This document shows, piece after piece, positions 36,302 through 49,772 of a stretch of DNA of 64,000 nucleotides. The stretch is from Paraphysomonas bandaiensis. Taxonomy: Eukaryota; Protista; Chrysophyceae. The notes under the pieces are model-generated. The model did no database searches. It was not told where the DNA came from and saw only the letters and a program-made list of their open reading frames with translations. Each line of letters opens with the position of its first letter. The stretch's first letter is position 1. Where the stretch lies: contig CBFFRP010000231.1 of NCBI GenBank assembly GCA_965644295.1, positions 62,001 through 126,000 of the forward strand, given 5' to 3'. Position numbers and translations under genes: made by a program.

Positions 36302-37305
36302 CTAAAGGGTCGATGCCCTTATTATCCTAGAATCAATTAAGGTGGATCTATACGAAAAAAACTCTGCCACATCATGCTGCTGGACATTCGTCGTGAAGTC
36401 TAACAGTCTATTATCCGGTTGATACCGAGATCCTAACAATTTATCAGCTCCTCTATCTAGCTGTTTCCATGCCTTTGCTCTCCTTCCTGCTAGAGGTTGA
36501 AGCAAGGGAGCCCCTCCAGTCTGTCGCAGCAGCACATTACGATTGGCACAGCAAATAGTGTGTATGGATATCCTGGTAAAATCTGGTACCATAACAGCCG
36601 GGTCCTCTTGACCAGAGGACTGGCAGTCAGACGCTGGTTTTAGTAGAGAGGAGTCATCAATATACTTCGTGCGTACGGGTGCTAACAAGCTGATGACATC
36701 AATATGATGACAGTCAGGGTCAAGCACGGCATACACAGATTCTCCTTTTCTCACTGCGACAAACATATTTAAGGATATTAAACTGTATTTGAAATTAACT
36801 TACAAATCGTAAAGTAAGCTTTGGTAGATTCGTTAAATACATCTGATCCACTTTCTAGAACTTTAACTGCGGTCGGACAGTCTTCATCGTTGGTTAATTC
36901 AAAGTAGCCATTTAGGTGTGCAATGCCACTGAACTCGTTCTTTAGTCTTGTTCGTCCCATGCTGTGATCATACAAACTACCAGCGTACAGTTTCACCGCC
37001 TTCACACGAGTGGACCGTCTGTGAATCGTCTCCTTCTTTCGGTCAGGGTCAAGATATTCTTTGACGAGCACCAGACGCAATCTCTCACCAGGTGTTTCTC
37101 CGCATCTACAGTGCAGACACAATGGGTACTCATCAGCTGTACTCTCCATTGTCATAAACACTTCCGGCGAATCAGTAATAGTGGAACGGCGCTTCTGCAA
37201 TTCTGAAGATATATACGAACCGGATGGAGCACATTTATTACAATGAATTCCTATACTCATAGCAGTTATAAAGGAGGCATATGACAGTCTTACATACCTC
37301 CACAA
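36302..37305 (-). pseudogene. Two adjacent ORFs of unknown function, possibly one disrupted gene or TE remnant
   Basis: 175-aa and 154-aa ORFs separated by 11 bp, with plausible composition and CxxC pairs but no recognisable family. Confidence 0.3.
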
Positions 37306-38096
37306 TTTCTACAGTGATGTTTCCATCTTAAAAATGAAAACTTCTTCTTACATATCCGACAATGATTAAAGTCTTTATCTTTATCCCAACATACAGTAAA
37401 TAAATGACAGAGATTTTCCCTTTTATCTCTGTTATATTTGCCGCGATATGCATCTAGAGTGGACATGATTGTCCTCTATATATAAATACTGATATATCCC
37501 TTAAGTAACACTATCTCATAGTAAGAGTATTCAGATACAATATACCTCAAACAAAGGAATGAAATAGATGATACATACACTATCTTATATTGAGTATCGT
37601 ATATATGAGGGCATGAATTCTCTCATACTTTAATGGTGAGTTGAGCGATAGATATGAGCGAAGATGTACATACATACATGTCTATGTAAATGGTATACAC
37701 TGTACTTTACTCTATGGACTACACTACAAAAAATCTAGAAATCTATATATACACTGTATACTGCTGTATACCGGGTATCTAAGAATCACTATATTTCGAA
37801 AATCCAGTGTTTTGAGTGGAAACTGGATTCCAGAAGAGGCGCGGATTTTACGTTTTATATAGTATTTTATTCCAAAATCCCGCGCTTTTTAGGCTTGAAC
37901 AGATATCTCGGTATATATATACGAAGTACATACAGCAGCATACAGCAGTAGATATATGTAGAGTATGTGTTCGTACATGCTGGTGTGTACACACTGATGT
38001 CCATCCAGCATCCATCATACTGCATATCTAAACAAGTTAAGCAGTTCATGAGTTAGTATTCCTTCATTCCACTCATTATCATAATAACTAACATAA

Positions 38097-39302
38097 ATGA
38101 TAACCAACATACACACTGATCTATCAGATTCACTTAATAGCTTCGATGAAATGAATCTATCTGATGGTTTGTTAAGAGGCCTCTACTCATATGGTTATGA
38201 ATACCCCACACATATACAGGCGATATCTATAATGAGTATCTTGAAGGGACATGATGTTATTATTCATAGCAAGACATGTACGTTTATTCCTATATATAAT
38301 ATTCATATAGTTATCATACAGATGTATTCAGGTGGAGCAACTACAGCATTAATACTCAGTATACTGCAATATATAGATACCAAATCATTAAATTGTCAAG
38401 CAATATTACTCACCCCTTCCAATGAACATTCTCTAGTTGTGACGGGACTTACAAATTCATTGGGAGAGTTCTTATGCCTGAAAGTGGATACCTGTATTGA
38501 AGGATCAGATGATATATCTGATGGAGTGCAGGTGCTAGTAGGAACACCAGCAAGGGTGTATCATAAGGTATCTAATGGAGATATAGATGTGGAAGCTGTA
38601 GGAATGTTTTGCTTAGATCATGCAGCTGAAATAACCCTTGATTATACAGCTGAGGTTGTGGACACCTTCCAATTAATATCACGACATCATCCTGTTCAAT
38701 GTATCATTGTCACAGATGAACTGTCCATGACTCCTGAAGTACACACTGTAACCCAAACTATCATGACGGATTCAATCGTCATAAAACCAGAGAGACCTAA
38801 AACAATTTATCATTTTTACCATCTATGCGAAAGAATTAGGATGTGTGACGTTGTATGTGATTTCTGCGATAAATACGCCACCAAAGAGACTGTTATAAAT
38901 ACGGTCATATACTGCAACTCCAAGGAGAAGGCAGAACAGCTTTTAGACCAAATGAAACAGATGGAGCTGACATTCACCGTCTCTATCATACACGGAGATA
39001 TAAAAATCAGCGAGAGGCAAAGGGTTTTGGCGGAGCTGAATTCTCGTGTAACACATGTTGTAATCACCACAGACCTACTCTCCTGCGGGATGGAATTCCA
39101 CGACTGGCAACTGGTAGTCCACTATGGAGTTCCAAGTTACAAAGAAAATTATATCCGTCGTTTGAGTTGTAGTCGATATTCAAAGGAATCAGTCTCAGTC
39201 TGTGTTCTGACACAGGATGAGGTTAAGAGTCTCCAAGATATAGAAAATTTTTATAACATTGCATTGGAAGATTTGCCGGATGATATTACTTATCTACTGT
39301 AA
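38097..39302 (+). CDS. eIF4A-like DEAD-box protein with degenerate catalytic motifs; probable in-frame 54-nt intron 38278-38331
   Basis: eIF4A-like N-terminus SFDEMNL...LLRGLYSYGYEYPTHIQ, plus VGTP, VIYCN, IHGD, VITTDLL, ENYI and IENFYN...EDLP. Confidence 0.82.
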   Translation: MITNIHTDLSDSLNSFDEMNLSDGLLRGLYSYGYEYPTHIQAISIMSILKGHDVIIHSKTCTFIPIYNIHIVIIQMYSGGATTALILSILQYIDTKSLNCQAILLTPSNEHSLVVTGLTNSLGEFLCLKVDTCIEGSDDISDGVQVLVGTPARVYHKVSNGDIDVEAVGMFCLDHAAEITLDYTAEVVDTFQLISRHHPVQCIIVTDELSMTPEVHTVTQTIMTDSIVIKPERPKTIYHFYHLCERIRMCDVVCDFCDKYATKETVINTVIYCNSKEKAEQLLDQMKQMELTFTVSIIHGDIKISERQRVLAELNSRVTHVVITTDLLSCGMEFHDWQLVVHYGVPSYKENYIRRLSCSRYSKESVSVCVLTQDEVKSLQDIENFYNIALEDLPDDITYLL

Positions 39303-39774
39303 ATATTGTATAAATCAACTGTGAGTGTTATGGAAGGCTAATTTCATGATGTCTTACGTTAGTACTTGATAGCAAGTACTTGTGATTTGTGGTGTGTTTG
39401 ACGGCTATAAGTAGCTGCGTTCAATCGTCGTGCACAAGCAGTACCTACATTCATCATATATTGGCCATGTTACATTGCAATCCAAAGCTAACGGAGTGGG
39501 TTTTCCTCTGTATATTTACCTCTCTAGTTCTGACTAGTATTTTAGAACAATAACTTATTGTGAAGAAGATGCAACTATTTCTTCCGGCGCTGTTGCTTGT
39601 TTCGTGATTACCACTATACATTGAACTCACATCAGTAAAATAAAACCAAACAATGAATCAAGATTTTTCTACTATTATTTGTTGGTGTCGACGTCGCATT
39701 AGATCAGCACTGAGCTTTATATGAAGTATAATAGGCAATCACATACCCAAAACTACAGCAAGTATAGTACTAAT

Positions 39775-40340
39775 TGGTCCTCTCAACAAAGTCGGACTTG
39801 CATCTTCTTGTCGTGTTCTGGGTGATAAGTACCGGAAATATTTCTCCGGGAAACTAACATAAGTCGTAAACATAGAGAGCAGATAACGCTGTGCCACTCA
39901 TAGCCCAATGCTTGTGTGGTACAAGGGACACTACTATAAGTGTCACTTGCGTAAACTGTAAACGTCTTTAGGTCCTGACGAATAAAAATGCATCCGGGAA
40001 TGGGCCCACCTAAAGGGCATCCGAGTTTAAGCTTCCTGCTGAAGTCAAGCATTCGGGCTAGTTCACCTTAAGAACAGAGAGCGGAAGTGGTTGCACCTTG
40101 GTGCTTGCGGTGACGCACAAGCAACTTTAGTAGCGTTAAAATAGTAGGATATCAGAGTTAAGCACAAGTTAGTTAAATTGTTTTGCTACATTAATTCTGA
40201 CTCTTACGCACCTATTGCTAATAATAAGACTTTAACTACTGTTAAATCATAGGATCTCAGAGTTTAGTACTAGTTAGTTAAATTGCAATGCTAAGTTTAT
40301 TCTGACTTAACGCCTATTGTTAATAATAAGACCTTTACTC
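39775..40340 (+). mobile_element. Dispersed non-coding repeat (SINE-like), copy C
   Basis: Aligns with 19170-19720. 40082-40160 is near-identical to the LINE 3' UTR at 5797-5873. The tail is internally duplicated (40150-40230 vs 40250-40335). Confidence 0.78.
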
Positions 40341-40864
40341 TCTAAATATTATAAGAAAGAAAGGTTGTTGAAAAACGGGTTAGAACAGATATGTCACCAT
40401 CAGCAGGCATTTATACTGGCGTCAGAACTAGTCCATATTTCCCACTATGGGCGGCGAGGTATGCTATGTAGTCCGACTACACGCAATTTCGAATTTCGAA
40501 ATTTTCGAATGACGGCTGGTGGGCGAGCAATTATGCTATAACACAGCACAACACCCTAAGCAATGCTTTATGCGTTAAATTAGTTTAGGTATTGAACAAA
40601 ATTTGGGGAAACTTTCATTGAAGTGTATTTATTTATATGAAAAACTCTAAACAAAATTTGTATATCAAATATCGCAAGGGTAGGGTAGAATTAACCATGC
40701 GTATATCCTACGAGAGAAACAGCAATAACATTAACTGCAGGCAGGGTAAATGTCCATAGATACGAGGACATTGCATACACGACATTTGTACCAAAAGTAT
40801 CATAACAGTATGCAATGTTACATTTATAATATCTATCGCTATTAACAGGGCAGCAGCTCTTGAT

Positions 40865-41911
40865 CTAATTTCCATATGGGTTGCTAGGGAAATACTGATA
40901 TGAAGTCACATCCGCCTCTGACTCAGTTCCGCAATTCTGAACGCATGGAGATTGATCCGAATCAACTGGAGGTGATATAAGACCCGACTCGAGGTCAGCA
41001 ATTGTATGGCAACGTCGTAATAAGGCTGGATCCGCTATTTTAATCATACAAATGCGAGTCTGAAACCTGTTGTGTAGGCTAGCTAGAAGATTCCTGTAGT
41101 TCACCCATCTAAAAGAGAAGTCAGTACAAGGAAAAAACACATGGAATCAATACAAGACACTAACTTCTTTGATGTGAAGAAAAAGGCAAGCTTCTCTCCA
41201 TCCATCTGATACTCTGCGTCAAGAACGTCCATATCCACATTACGTTTAGCGATGATTTCTCTGCAATCTTCTAGGGCCACTCGTTCGGCACATAGCTTGT
41301 ATTGAAATGACACAAGTTCATCAGGACTGGCCAGGCCAATGATGTATCCCGGAGTCTCGCCATTCAATGAAGGTAGGTAAGGTTGGCTATTAACATTCTC
41401 TATGATGACACCAATATTTCTTCCAAACTTTGTATCTGCGACAACAATGTCCCCAGTATTATATACTGCAACTGTGTTATCCGGCACAGTCATAACTTCG
41501 ATCAATCGTTTAAAACGGACCTGTGCCTAATATGAGTGTACTATATGTCATATGCAAGTATCATTAACTAACCGTGTAGATGGTTTTCGGATATTGAATA
41601 GAAGGTTCACTTGAAGATATGTCACCAATATCATGGTCTGAAGGTGCAGAAAATGCTTGAAGAAGACGATACTCTTCTTCATTCAGCTTAAACATGGATG
41701 TGTCTGGATATGAAGATGCTATAGCATGAGGTGAATATCTGTGTTTGAGTTCACTACAGAGTTGTTGTAAGTAGAAGATTGTATCAGGATTATGACTATG
41801 AGATGTAGTAGATGTTTGATTATCCTGATATTCATCATGAGAAGAGTCATGTGATCTACGGAGATCTGATATCACTTGTTGCAATCCAAGATGATCACTG
41901 TGGCTACCCAT
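40865..41911 (-). CDS. PSP1 C-terminal domain protein; 3 exons
   Basis: V.FKR...GDIVVADTKFGRNIGVI...ERVALEDCR...MDVLDAEYQMDGEKLAFFFTS..|WVNYRNL...L...FQTRICM. Confidence 0.85.
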
Positions 41912-42184
41912 ATTGAAGATCAGTAATGATTACACAGATATAATGATGAAGTATATGAATAAATGAATGTACGAGTAATGCATGGAATTCTAAGTGACTA
42001 TAAGCGTACATATCTATATGTCCACAATACTGTGAGGGAATATAAAAGTACTGGCTCTAAATATACTCATACGATAGAAGATTATTCTTCAAGACGAAGT
42101 CCGGATGAAGTTTAGATCACCTTGTACAGAGTGACGATTGGAGAGAGATAATGACGGTGCCATCCCGTAAACGACTGTATTTTT

Positions 42185-42916
42185 ATGTATGTATGTATGT
42201 ATGTATGTATGTATGTATGTATGTATGTATGTATGTATGTATTTTTATGTATGTATGTATGTATGTATGTATGTATGTATGTATGTATGTATGTATGTAT
42301 GTATGTATGTATGTATGTATGTATGTATGTATGTATGTATGTATGTATGTATGTATGTATGTATGTATGTATGTATGTATGTATGTATGTATGTATGTAT
42401 GTATGTATGTATGTATGTATGTACAGTATGTATGTATGTATGTATGTATGTATGTATGTATGTATGTATGTATGTATGTATGTATGTATGTATGTATGTA
42501 TGTATGTATGTATGTATGTATGTATGTATGTATGTATGTATGTATGTATGTATGTATGTATGTATGTACAGTATGTATGTATGTATGTATGTATGTATGT
42601 ATGTATGTATGTATGTATGTATGTATGTATGTATGTATGTATGTATGTACAGTATGTATGTATGTATGTATGTATGTATGTATGTATGTATGTATGTATG
42701 TATGTATGTATGTATGTATGTATGTATGTATGTATGTATGTATGTATGTATGTATGTATGTATGTATGTATGTATGTATGTATGTATGTATGTATGTATG
42801 TATGTATGTATGTATGTATGTATGTATGTATGTATGTATGTATGTATGTATGTATGTATGTATGTATGTATGTATGTATGTATGTATGTATGTATGTATG
42901 TGTGTGTGTGTGTGTG
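42185..42916. repeat. (TATG)n microsatellite, ~730 bp, with GTACA interruptions and a (TG)n end
   Basis: Directly visible. Confidence 0.99.
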
Positions 42917-42987
42917 TTTGCTATGAAGTATGTTTAAGTTCTTGTATATATATATATATGTATATATGTGTATGTGTATATTCAAAT

Positions 42988-43968
42988 ATGAATGACAATT
43001 TCTCAGATATGATAAAAATCATCGACACCCTCTACGACAGGAAAGACGCATGTACGCCCTCTTTCTCTCCTCACATATCTCTCACTATCCTACACAGATA
43101 TCTTCAGAAAGCCCGTCCACTGGCAACGAGATGGGCTATGGCACTACCCTCAAGTAGTTAAACGACCTATGGATTTACAAACTGTTAAGGTTATCTATTA
43201 TATTATTATATAATATATCATGTATTATATATAGGAGAATATAATGGGACATAAGTACATTGATGTTGAAGAGGTGGCGAATGATATTAGACAAATATGG
43301 ATTAATTGCATGTTATTCAATCGTGTAAGTGTTATTATAGAGAAGTAATGATAAGCTGTAGTGATGAGGTGTAATGAAATGGTTTAGAATGGTCACTACT
43401 ATTACAATTTGGCATCGAATTTAGCAAAGGAATTTGAAAGCCTATATGACCAGGTAAGTGAGTGTGTTGTTGGCATTTGTCAGAGCAGTGAAAAAATATT
43501 CAGGTTAAGAATGAGCGCAACATACGTGGAAATTATTTCAACAAAGTTCCTACTTATGAGGACAAATTACGATTTGACACATTACTACTGGACCTAGGTG
43601 TTGTGTCCGAATACCATAACTAGCATTATAAACGATACCTACAGGCTCAGAAGAACTAGGGCGGATACTAGAATATATTGAAACCAATTGTCCGGATGCT
43701 CTTAGTGCGGTGAGTAGTGGTTTTTGTTATTGCGGAACAGGTGAGCACTCTGACTGATTGTTTAGGCGCAGGACAAGTCCCCATCTGTTGAACTTAATAT
43801 CGACGCTATTCCGCCATGTGAATTCCACAAGGTCATTGTAGCGAGCACTACCATTTGTCTTATAAGTGTTTATTACAGTTGTTGAAGCGTTTAAATGCAT
43901 CCCATAGTTCTAAAAGGAGGGCTGATAGGTCTAGTGCGAAAAACCACAAAAAGCGACGTGCATCATGA
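42988..43968 (+). CDS. Small bromodomain + ET-domain (BET/GTE-like) protein, ~8 short exons; missed by the ORF track
   Basis: Manual splicing gives YIFRKPVHWQRDGLWHYPQVVKRPMDLQTVK...YIDVEEVANDIRQIWINCMLFN (conserved Asn), then ET-like LGSEELGRILEYIETNCPDAL...VELNIDAIPPCEFHKL. Confidence 0.85.
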
Positions 43969-45288
43969 TCGTCTGATGTACACCATACATTGTGATAGAA
44001 TCTGTTTTATTTTGAAGAGAATAAAGCAATGAAAGTGCCTATTGCATTAGACTATTAAATTTGTTTGTTTGTATTGTACATAGTTAAACTTTGTGCCAAT
44101 ATAATATTTTTGGTTACTGTATACTCTTCATTTATTCGTTATTAAGTTCACATCTCATCACTGGTTCGTGTTCAAGATTTAACCGCTTCATTGCTTCACT
44201 ACACCTGTTTTAATTCAATTATCTTACTAGTACTGAGGGCACTTTTGGCACTTGAAGAATTATATAAACTATAAACCTTAAATAATACAAGCAAGTGTGA
44301 TATACACAAATATGATAATGTCAACGACAACAAAAAGACTCGCGCGACAACAATTTTTCACATGCATTATCACATTTACGTACACATTTCAATACCTCGC
44401 AGTTGCTATTTCCTCAACATCGTTCTGAGAGAGGGGTACTTTTTAGCTTTTTAGTAGCTATTGTTAAAGAACAGTACTTTGATTTTTCTGTTGTTTTCTT
44501 AGTGTTAACCTGGCAACTGGCAACTGGCAACACCTATTCCTGCTAACAGCAGTCAGGCTACAAAGAGCTATACAATCTAAATATTAGATTTCTAACGTCA
44601 TGAGGATAAGCTTAAGAAACAGCAACAGCTTATTGCTAATCGTAAGACATTCACTTCTTAATACTTAAGCCTTAATTTAACCTAGGAATAAGAGATTCAT
44701 CCCTTGTCAAGATATAAAACTCGGGAGTTTTGCCTTTGTTTCAAAATTTTGAGCTCGGGATGATATAGCCTCCCTATAACCCATTGTTAAATGTTAAACG
44801 CAACTATATGTTTCTATAAAATAAGTTTTGACATACTATTGCTAAATCGGAGGAACGGCTTTAAATATATTCACTATTTTACAATTCTATGTCCCTAAAC
44901 TGGAATGCCGATGCATATAGAAAACACAAAACAATAACGTCTGTGATAAGCATATAGAAAGAAACTACAAACTAAATATTGTCAACATATAATTTTCATA
45001 TGAAAGGTATCAGATTGCTCCAATCAGTTATTATCCACTCAACCTATATATATATTATCATCGATCACTAGTGCTGAATACATCATACTGTGAAGTGTGA
45101 AGTTAAAGTAAATCAATCTAAAGTCAGTACGATGAATTTAATGAACGATTTTAAAAGTCACAATCAGATGCAAAAACTAAAGCAGATATTAAAATGTACT
45201 GTCACTTACCTTGCCGTAAGTGATACAAGTAATCAAACATAACTGCTGAAAACTATTCCAAAAAATACAAGCTATCACACTACGCTAC

Positions 45289-48200
45289 TCATATACTTTG
45301 CAGTCGCTGGTGTAGAACTTCACTCACTAATTCAAGGGTTTTCGCATGTGTAATGTGGCTGTCTTCTACCATCGAGCGCAGAGTATCGTCAAGTGCATAT
45401 TTTCTACATATAATAATTACAGGGAAGGAAATAGATACAGAATGCTTACAGGTAATAGTCATCGATTTCCTTCCAGCAGCTGTGATTCATCAGCGCTATT
45501 GCAACCTTTAAGTACCTGTATACATATCTGTTTAGAATGCATAGCATCATAACATACGGGCTTACATTTGTCTAAGAAGCTCATTGTGCGATGGAACATC
45601 GGACTTGCTACCTTCCACAGGGCCGTCCAAACTGTCCACAACTGATACACGAGTAACCGCATGTGAAACATATGCTGAGTCTTCGCTGCTATCACTCTGA
45701 CTATCCGACTGACCGTCCGGCAGATTAGATATCTCGCGAATTATCATTTCCACGAGAACCTGAGGTAGTACACAAACTATTTTGAGCCTATCCAAAGTCT
45801 ACAGTGTGGTACAGACCTTAATATCGTTCACATAAAAGAATCCTTCATATCCAGGGGCGGAGATAAGATCACAGCACAGCTTAAGGCAAGGTAGGGCTTC
45901 TGGCACATCATGTTCAGGATATCCAATATCATTTAGAAGATGCATCAGTCCTTCAGATACATTAATATTGCTGGAGTCATCTTCAAACTGAAGGCTGGCA
46001 CACAACTCAGCGACCTGATTAAAAACAGTGAAAACTAAAGCGGCTGTTGGGTACTAAAGCTTCTACCTCAGTAGACCCTGCATTTATTTGCGCTGGTAAA
46101 TGCCAGTTCACAGCAGCCACTGTCTTGATGCAGAGTAAGTAGGAGTCCTCTTTCATATGATCGCTAGAGAAAAGTAGCTCCGCAAGCATGGAGAGGAATT
46201 TGTCAGTGGTTGGGTGGGCTGTGCACTGAGGCTGTGTGCCACTACTATCTACGTTCTGTACCTGCGCCCGTCGTGCTCGAAATTCATCCCCCAATAGTCT
46301 AGTGGGCACACGAAACATCTGGAATAGCATCAGTAGCCAAATCGCAACAGTTGTTGCGGAATCAGTGCTACCCTCCATGTAGCAGCTCCCTCTTTCTTCG
46401 TTCTCCACAGCATCGTACTCCTCCATATGCTCCATATTAAAGTCTTTGATATCACGCTCATCAAACCCTGCATAAGGAACATTCGGTCTGGCATCTGGAG
46501 GCATCGCGACGAGGGTTTTAATTCGACCCACGGCAGAGCCCATCACTGCGACCATATGATCTGCAGAGTTAGATAGTTGGCAATAATCACGCCACAACTT
46601 TGGATGAGCCATGGTACCGTAAGCCAGGCAGCGAGCAGCGCCATCTCTCAACAAAGGATGAACCCTAGTGAAATAAAGTTAGTTTATATTACGAACCTAT
46701 AAGCGGAACAGGTGGTACAACACAGAACAGCATAGTGGAAAACTACAGCAGAGAAAAAGGACTCACGATTCGTGCATAAAAAGAAGAAGGTAGGACATGA
46801 GGATACCATCCTGGGCGTGAAAAGCAATGGTCCATTCCTCCTCAGTCCCAGCAGTCTCAAGACAAAACTGAAGCACCTGAGCAACAGTCAACACTCTAAT
46901 ACAATCAGTATTATAATTCCCTTACCTCAAGTTTTCTGCAGCTCACGCGATTCCAAACCCCTGAGAGCAAGAGACGCTTCTCACGTTTCGTTGGAGGATC
47001 AAATAACATAATCCTATTGAGCTCACTCAGCAGCTCTTCACCTTCATCAAGTTGAAAGCCGATAATCTCCAAGTCTAACTCTGTGTCTACATCATCCGCT
47101 TCTGACCACTCATCAGTTGGGCTGTCGTTATCTTCTACATTTCTCGGTTGCATAGTACTGCAGCCATACCCAGATGCATCAGTATAGTCGGTACCTTCCT
47201 CAACACTAGATGCCTCCGGCTCATATACAGGTTCTATATTCTGAGGCTGTGCTGAACTATAACCATACCCAGATGCATCAGTATAGTCAGTACCTTCCTC
47301 AACACTAGATGCCTCCGGCTCATATACAGGTTCTATATTCTGAGGCTGTGCTGAACTATAACCATACCCAGATGCATCAGTATAGTCGGTACCTTCCTCA
47401 ACACTAGATGCCTCCGGCTCATATACAGGTTCTATATTCTGAGGCTGTGCTGAACTATAACCATACCCAGATGCATCAGTATAGTCGGTACCTTCCTCAA
47501 CACTAGATGCCTCCGGCTCATATACAGGTTCTATATTCTGAGGCTGTGCTGTACTATAACCATACCCAGATGCATCAGTATAGTCAGTACCTTCCTCAAC
47601 ACTAGATGCCTCCGGCTCATATACAGGTTCTATATTCTGAGGCTGTGCTGTACTATAACCATACCCAGATGCATCAGTATAGTCAGTACCTTCCTCAACA
47701 CTAGATACCTCCGGCTCATATACAGGTTCTATATTCTGAGGCTGTGCTGTACTATAACCATACCCAGATGCATCAGTATAGTCGGTACCTTCCTCAACAC
47801 TAGATACCTCCGGTACATATACAGGTTCTATATTCTGAGGCTGTGCTGAACTATAACCATACCCAGATGCATCAGTATAGTCGGTACCTTCCTCAACACT
47901 AGATGCCTCCGGCTCATATACAGGTTCTATATTCTGAGGCTGTGCTGAACTATAACCATACCCAGATGCATCAGTATAGTCGGTACCTTCCTCAACACTA
48001 GATACCTCCGGCTCATATACATGTTCTATATTCTGAGGCTGTGCTGAACTATAACCATACCCAGATGCATCAGTATAGTCGGTACCTTCCTCAACACTAG
48101 ATACCTCCGGCTCATATACATGTTCTATATTCTGAGGCTGTGCTGTACTATAACCATACCCAGATGCATCAGTATAGTGGACACCTTCTTCATTCTGATA

Positions 48201-48473
48201 TTTCTGAATATTACTAACATCAGTGGTAGCCAATAAAGAGTTCGTTTGATAACTCTCAGTCACACATTCACCACCATTATAGTCACCATCATCATCATCA
48301 GCAGCAGTTGTAGTAATAGTATGATTATATATAGTATCATCTACTGTATCAGTATCTGATATATACTCGTCTGGTCTCTCCCACTGAGACACTCCCTGCT
48401 CCTCATCATAGAAATACTCATCACCATAATCTGTATAGTGTTTACTCCATGATGATTGACGTGGACGGCTCAT
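45289..48473 (-). CDS. WW domain + 33-aa tandem repeats + SPIN90/Ldb17/Dip1-like C-terminal domain; multi-exon
   Basis: WW: WSKHYTDYGDEYFYDEEQGVSQWERP. C-terminal FFYVNDIK|VLVEMIIREISNLP...LRQMYLKVAIALMNHSCW matches the SPIN90 leucine-rich domain pattern. Confidence 0.78.
47135..48190 (-). repeat. Coding minisatellite, 99-bp unit, 10 full copies plus 1 partial
   Basis: The unit encodes EEGTDYTDASGYGYS(S/T)AQPQNIE(P/H)VYEPE(A/V)SSV. Confidence 0.97.
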
Positions 48474-49772
48474 TCTAATAATTTAATATGAATGATATGA
48501 GAGATATACGTGTATGTGTCTGATAATACTGTAAGGACAGTATGGTGTCAGTGTTGCACGGTTTAATAGAGGGGTGTAGTAGAATTGAAGATCTGTTTGG
48601 TTCTATCAGTTGAAAATATACTGAGATGGAGTGTGTATGATAATAATATGGAGCTAATGGAGTCTATGTATGTATGATATGAGGGGGGGGGTATGTATGT
48701 ATGTATGTATGTATGTATGTATGCATGAAGTAGCTAACACTTTTTGTTCGTCATATACACAGTACTGCTGTACATACATACATGTACCGTATATAGATAT
48801 CTACCCCACCGGCGGCCTGTATATCACTATAGGCAGACAGATATCCACATAGGTACACAGTCATATAGCCCACTGCGGAATGTATTGTATAGAATGTACC
48901 GTATATATATAGTACTGCATTATACAGAGTATATACTGTTTGTATATATGGTACATTATACCTCATCATCAGCAGATCTATCGAAGGAGAATCATTCATA
49001 CCTACGGCGGGAATACATGTAACTGTATTGTACGCAGATCTAGTGTACATATCTAGATATAAGATCTCACGTAACAGTTCGGGCAGCATTGGTCCAAATC
49101 GTTGCTGATTGCATCTGAAATGGTTAAGCTAGTAGATCTATAGCTCCCTATATTAATTTGTGCTTTATTGTTATGGTGATATTATATTATTTCACTCCGG
49201 CTTAGATATGTTAATAGCAGGTCCACATAAGCCTAAAGCGATAGCAAGAGGAGAGGGAGTCATGGTAGCTAATGGAAGACCACTAGAATCAACAGCTCCT
49301 ACTTCGATGTTTACTTTTACAATATTCATTTAGTTGACATGCCCTAATATCTGAGAGAGCGGTCAATAATAGTTTGATAGCACACCACCACGAAGGAGGC
49401 CGGCTGAACCTGGTAAACGAATACCACCACCAGTCCTCGTTTCGGCATCAATAAGTAACTTTATATCTCAACGTTAATTTTAAATTAGTTATGCATATTT
49501 ATTTATTGTATATCTTTCCTTCAGCGTGAAATACATTGCAGGTGGTTCCATATTATACCATGTACTATGTAGTAACCATAATAACAAGGAATAAAATAAG
49601 GGGCAGCGTCAATAATTTTCAACAAATATGAAATGAGCACCGTACACAACTTGGGCTAATGAATTGGTCTAATTTAACACAATTTTACATGATTGCTTGT
49701 TTCATGAGTAATAACATATTGTGGTGTTCGATGGGTGTGAAAATGAGGTAGAGGTCATGTAAACATACATTA

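Noticed and set aside
39965-40030. Hammerhead or HDV-like ribozyme in the dispersed repeat (CTGACGA; GAATGGG)
   Set aside because: CTGANGA is not conserved in the 19.3-kb copy and has no properly placed GAAA or stems. The HDV nested pseudoknot could not be built.
47135-48190. Possible CRISPR array
   Set aside because: The units are contiguous 99-bp in-frame coding repeats with no unique spacers. The context is eukaryotic and no cas genes are present.
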